From positions 8,576 to 72,575 of the forward strand of contig CAZYTP010000003.1 of NCBI GenBank assembly GCA_964650385.1: a DNA stretch of 64,000 bases. The letters are read 5' to 3'. Positions 60,000 to 64,000 of this stretch are shown here, in pieces. The notes below the pieces were generated by a model. The model had not been told where the DNA came from, did no database searches, and saw only the letters and a program-made list of their open reading frames with translations. Origin of the DNA: an uncultured Syntrophales bacterium (lineage in GTDB: Bacteria; Desulfobacterota; Syntrophia; Syntrophales; JADFWA01). Every line of letters starts with the position of its first letter. Positions within the stretch are counted from its first letter, which is position 1. The position numbers were made by a program, and so were the translations under genes.

Positions 60000-62534
60000 T
60001 TAACCGGCTGCCCGTAAATGCCGTTTTTCGGAAATATCCTGTGAACTGTCATGAAAGATGGTGTCAGTCTTTATTATTCGTGCCATCTTTGCTGAATCGC
60101 TGTCCATGCCAAGAACCTCTACGATTATTTCAGATGGTTTAACTCCCCCGTCCTTTCCGAACAGCAGCGACATTTTGATCCTGCTGTCTTCCCTGTCGAA
60201 AAAAAGAGCGTTGACTATGGGACGTATGTTTCTTCTGGTCTGCTTTCTTTTCTTTTCCCGTAACATAATTAACTCATCAGACTTAAGGAAGGTTTCTATC
60301 TTTTCATCTAACAACTTCTCCTTTTCCAAAGGGATTTTCTCGGGAAGAACAACCTCATATTTGAACCCCTTTATAACCTTGGACAAGGAATCGGTATCCG
60401 GCGGTATTCCCCTGACATTCAGAATTCTTAACCCGGAAGGGAGAAAGGAATTTATTTTTTGAATGACTTCTTTAATGCTTTCACCAGGACTCTCGACCTG
60501 AATGTCAACATACTCGCCCAGACTTTCCATTCCTACCGATGTGGCATACGGAAAGGATATCTTTGGATGAGGATGAAAACCTTTCGAATACATGAAGGAA
60601 AGTCCGCTTCTCTTTATCCCCCTGATAAGGGCAGAGGAAATCTCAAGATGGGACAGAAGGCGGGAGACCCCCTCCTTAGCAAATTTGATCCTGAATTTCT
60701 CTATCTGTCTGGGAGATTCCTCTTTTGCCGGCTCCACTTCCTTCTTTCCGACAGTGCCGGCACCGTCCTTCGCTATAATGTTTCTTATTGTATCATGGTC
60801 ACAGATACCGCACTGATGGCATACCCCGAAGCGGCAGTCTGCCGTCAATTCTTCCCCCAGTGATTTCCGGAGTTCTTCCGTCAAAAAATTCTTGCTTATA
60901 CCACAGTCTATTCGATCCCAGGAAAGTTTCTCTGTAATGTGCCGTTCCCGCAGGTAATCCTCGACTCTGATGTCTGTCTCCCTTATCGCCTCTTCCCACA
61001 GATCAAACTTAAACTGGTCGCTCCAGCCGTCGAAGCGGCATCCAAGGCGGAAGGCACGTTCCAACAAGGCCCCCAGCTTTTCGTCTCCCCTCGAAAAGAC
61101 CCCCTCAAGGAGGCTCATCCGTCCGTCATGCCATTTTATCTTTAGATTTCTGTTCCGAATATTCTTCTTAAGGAACTCCTGCCTTTCCAGTATCTCCTCC
61201 AGACTTATCTGCCTGCACCACTGAAACGGTGTGTGTGGTTTTGGTACAAAAGTGGAAAGGCTCACAGTAACCTGTCGCCTGTTTTCTCCTTCCCGAAGTA
61301 CCCGGTATGCGAGGTCGGTTATACCCTCTAAGTCTTCCTTCCTTTCACCGGGAAGCCCCAGCATAAAATACAACTTTATTGATCTCCAGCCCGCACCAAA
61401 GACATTTCTCGTGGTGGAAAGAAGGTCCTCTTCAGTATTGCCCTTGTTTATCACATTTCGCAGTCTCTGCGTCCCTGCCTCCGGCGCCAGGGTAAAGCTC
61501 GTCTTCCTGACCCGCTTTATCTCATCGATCAATTCCCGGGTAAGGGTCTCCACCCTCATCGACGGAAGAGCTAATGCCACTCTTTTATCATAATAACGGT
61601 TCATCAATTTGGAAACGAGATATTCGATCATAGAATAATCGCCGGAGCTCAGCGACAGGAGTGATAATTCGTTGTGCCCTGTTGAACAAAGCATCTCATC
61701 TGCCATCTTTCCCAGAACTTCCGGTGTCCTCTCCCTGACAGGCCGCCAGACCATCCCAGCCTGACAGAATCGACAGCCACGGGTACAACCCCTCGCTATC
61801 TCCAGGGTAACACGGTCGTGAATCGTATTCATCAAAGGAACCACCGGTCTCAAGGGCACTAACCATTGGTTAATATCGGATACAATCCTCTTTTTTACTC
61901 TTTCCCCACTAGTATGTATGGCGGGGATGTAAACCCCTTCAATTTCGGCGAGCGACTCGAGAAGCTGCCCCCTGGTGTACCCCCTTTTCTTTCCTTCCAT
62001 CACGGCACGGGAGATTTCCATGACCACCTCTTCACCCTCCCCGATGACAAAGGCATCAAAAAAGGCAGTGACCGGCGCGGGATTAAAGGTACATGGTCCT
62101 CCCGCAATGACCAGAGGGACTTCCTCTTTCCTGTCCCTGGCATATATCGGGATACCCCCAAGCTCCAGCATGTTCAGAACGTTTGTGTAGGACAGTTCAT
62201 ACTGAAGAGAAAATCCTACGATATCGAAATTCTTCAAGGGAGCACGTGATTCAAGAGAGGAGAGCATGATATTGTTTTTCCTCATCTGGAATTCCATGTC
62301 CGGCCAGGGGGCGTAAAATCTCTCTGCAGAAATCTCCGGGACGCTGTTCAGTATAGAATAGAGTATCTGCAAACCGAGGTGAGACATTCCCACTTCATAG
62401 GTATCCGGAAATGCGAGCGCAAAACTCAGTCTGCACTCCGATTTATTTTTCTTCGCAGAATTTACTTCTCCCCCGATATACCTGCTCGGTTTTTCAACCA
62501 GGGTAAAGATATCTTCATACAGTTTAGAACTCAT
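60000..62534 (-). CDS. radical SAM protein (B12-binding-like N-domain, TIGR03960-type) fused to a DUF2344/TIGR03936-type C-domain
   Basis: N-terminus KPSRYIGGEVNS. Cluster motif CTRGCRFC. C-terminal KFRIKFAKEGVSRLLSHLE..GFHPHPKISF. 844 aa. Confidence 0.85.
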   Translation of the reverse strand: MSSKLYEDIFTLVEKPSRYIGGEVNSAKKNKSECRLSFALAFPDTYEVGMSHLGLQILYSILNSVPEISAERFYAPWPDMEFQMRKNNIMLSSLESRAPLKNFDIVGFSLQYELSYTNVLNMLELGGIPIYARDRKEEVPLVIAGGPCTFNPAPVTAFFDAFVIGEGEEVVMEISRAVMEGKKRGYTRGQLLESLAEIEGVYIPAIHTSGERVKKRIVSDINQWLVPLRPVVPLMNTIHDRVTLEIARGCTRGCRFCQAGMVWRPVRERTPEVLGKMADEMLCSTGHNELSLLSLSSGDYSMIEYLVSKLMNRYYDKRVALALPSMRVETLTRELIDEIKRVRKTSFTLAPEAGTQRLRNVINKGNTEEDLLSTTRNVFGAGWRSIKLYFMLGLPGERKEDLEGITDLAYRVLREGENRRQVTVSLSTFVPKPHTPFQWCRQISLEEILERQEFLKKNIRNRNLKIKWHDGRMSLLEGVFSRGDEKLGALLERAFRLGCRFDGWSDQFKFDLWEEAIRETDIRVEDYLRERHITEKLSWDRIDCGISKNFLTEELRKSLGEELTADCRFGVCHQCGICDHDTIRNIIAKDGAGTVGKKEVEPAKEESPRQIEKFRIKFAKEGVSRLLSHLEISSALIRGIKRSGLSFMYSKGFHPHPKISFPYATSVGMESLGEYVDIQVESPGESIKEVIQKINSFLPSGLRILNVRGIPPDTDSLSKVIKGFKYEVVLPEKIPLEKEKLLDEKIETFLKSDELIMLREKKRKQTRRNIRPIVNALFFDREDSRIKMSLLFGKDGGVKPSEIIVEVLGMDSDSAKMARIIKTDTIFHDSSQDISEKRHLRAAG

Positions 62535-63460
62535 AGAATATTCAAGCTTTCAAATGTTTTCTTTACAACATCCGCTGATAGGCTGAAGGCGGCCAGTTCA
62601 TCGTCAGGAAGGTCTATTTTATGTATTTTCTCGACACCTGCTGCACCTAACGTTATCGGGGCACCGATATAAATACCCTCTATACCGTACTCGCCTTCGA
62701 GATAGACCGAGGCAGGAAGCATTCTCTTGCTGTCCATAAGTATCGCTTCCACCATAACCATAACGGAAGACGAAGGGGCATGCCAGGCACTGCCCGTTTT
62801 AAGAAGCTTGACGATCTCGGCCCCGCCGTTTTTTGTTCTTTCAATAATTGCCTGAAGCCTTTCGGGCTTTATAAGCTGGCTGATTGGAATGCCGTTTAGT
62901 GTGGTATATCTTTCAACAGGCACCATTGCATCCCCATGACCTCCCAGCACGAGAGCCTGAATATCTCTTATTGATACATTCAGCTCCTCGGCCAGAAACA
63001 ACTTATACCTCGCCGTATCGAGAATTCCCCCCATACCAACGACCCTCCGTGCAGGAAATCCTGAAACCTTCCAAGCAAGCTGGGTCATGACATCAAGCGG
63101 GTTTGTAACCACAACAATAATGCATTCGGGAGCATGTTCTTTTATCTTCTCCGTGACCGATTTTATGATATTCCCGTTTTTTTCGGCCAGTTCCTCGCGG
63201 GTCATTCCGGGTGTTCGGGCAAGCCCTGCTGTAACCACAATAATCCGAGAATTTCTGATCTCAGAAAAGTCATTTGTGCCTGTTACTTTAACATCAATCC
63301 CTTCAAGAGATGCTGATTGTGAGATATCAAGCGCCTTGCCTTGGGGAAGCCCTTCTATAATATCAACGATAACAACATCTGCCAGATTGTTCTCTGCTAT
63401 TCTCTGGGCGACCATGGTACCGACAAAACCAGATCCGATAATGGAAACCTTTTTTCTCAT
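62531..63460 (-). CDS. mdh: malate dehydrogenase (LDH-like family)
   Basis: Contains KVSIIGSGFVGT, GLARTPGMTREEL, VLGGHGDAMVP. 309 aa. Confidence 0.92.
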   Translation of the reverse strand: MRKKVSIIGSGFVGTMVAQRIAENNLADVVIVDIIEGLPQGKALDISQSASLEGIDVKVTGTNDFSEIRNSRIIVVTAGLARTPGMTREELAEKNGNIIKSVTEKIKEHAPECIIVVVTNPLDVMTQLAWKVSGFPARRVVGMGGILDTARYKLFLAEELNVSIRDIQALVLGGHGDAMVPVERYTTLNGIPISQLIKPERLQAIIERTKNGGAEIVKLLKTGSAWHAPSSSVMVMVEAILMDSKRMLPASVYLEGEYGIEGIYIGAPITLGAAGVEKIHKIDLPDDELAAFSLSADVVKKTFESLNIL

Positions 63461-63770
63461 ACGACTCTTCTCCTTTTACACAATTTAACCAAAGAGAAGT
63501 TTCATATCACAAAAGAAATATGGGGGGAAGAAATGTTTTAAGAACCAGTAAACGGAAAGCGGCCAGCTTAAATACCTGGCACTACCCGAATTGATACGTG
63601 TCTATCAAAACCATTGACAGGGTTGGGAAAAGAAGGTAATTTATCCGCAACAGTCGTTAGTGTAAGAGCTTTGAAAATATGGTTTTTTGATGCTCAGAAT
63701 GTGTTTTGCGTTCAGAGGTTTTGGCTTCAAAGAAACAGCTGAAAATCAAAGATAAAAACAGAGGTGTCTT

Positions 63771-64000
63771 CTGGGGAAAAGAACTATAAAAATTGTCGCA
63801 ACAGGTTTTGGCAGCGGTTTTACCCCTTTTGCCCCGGGAACTGCGGGAACAGTTATAGGGATACCGGTATATCTTGTATTCTCACATTTTTCCTGGCCCC
63901 TTTACCTGATATCGGTAGTGGCATTTTCATTTTTGGCGGTGTATGTATCCCGGGAAGCAGAAAAGATATTCAATAAAAAGGATGCACAATGTATCGTAAT
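63771..64000 (+). CDS. pgpA: phosphatidylglycerophosphatase A, 5' part (runs off the right edge; start unresolved)
   Basis: Own translation of the frame containing 63792: IVATGFGSGFTPFAPGTAGTVIGIPVYLVF..KKDAQCIV, which is PgpA-like. There is no in-frame ATG/GTG/TTG after the stop at 63753. CTG 63771 sits 4 nt after GAGGTG. Confidence 0.6.
   Translation, partial: MGKRTIKIVATGFGSGFTPFAPGTAGTVIGIPVYLVFSHFSWPLYLISVVAFSFLAVYVSREAEKIFNKKDAQCIV

Noticed and set aside
63764-63976. The 70-aa ORF from the supplied track (MSSGEKNYKNCRNRFWQRFYPFCPG..).
   Set aside because: It is in the wrong frame beyond the first 9 codons. The PgpA homology lies in the adjacent frame; see the pgpA finding.

Overview
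This is mostly a core-genome window from a low-GC (about 40% by spot counts) diderm bacterium; Lgt, LptD and an LpoB-like lipoprotein are all present. From 26.9 to 59.35 kb, all on the minus strand, there is one uninterrupted translation/transcription super-cluster. It runs tRNA-Thr/Tyr/Gly/Thr, rpmG, tRNA-Trp, secE-nusG-rplKAJL-rpoBC, rpsL-rpsG-fusA-tuf, then the S10/spc/alpha operons down to rplQ. The left 26 kb holds proB'-obg-rpmA-rplU, lgt, trxB, a three-lipoprotein cluster, a tandem-duplicated small alpha/beta protein and a 9-gene V/A-type ATPase operon. It also holds cysS, argC, rplM-rpsI, lptD, folC and an MBL-fold hydrolase. The right edge holds a radical-SAM (TIGR03960-type)/DUF2344 fusion translationally coupled to mdh, plus the 5' end of pgpA. 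I saw no CRISPR array, transposase, integrase, phage gene or recognisable defence system, and I cannot honestly point to a convincing novel multi-gene system. The observations most worth follow-up are these. (1) An unannotated family of CCCCGC-hairpin REP/MITE-like repeats, at least 6 copies, all in intergenic DNA of the left 26 kb. (2) The V-ATPase operon as a sharply bounded GC-rich island with unusual gene order. (3) An uncharacterised lipoprotein trio. (4) A strong intrinsic-terminator hairpin between rpsJ and rplC, plus unusually long spacers through the S10/spc operons. (5) A pgpA start that only works with a CTG codon or after removing one A from an A5 run. All protein calls rest on motif and synteny recognition by eye; no database search was possible.
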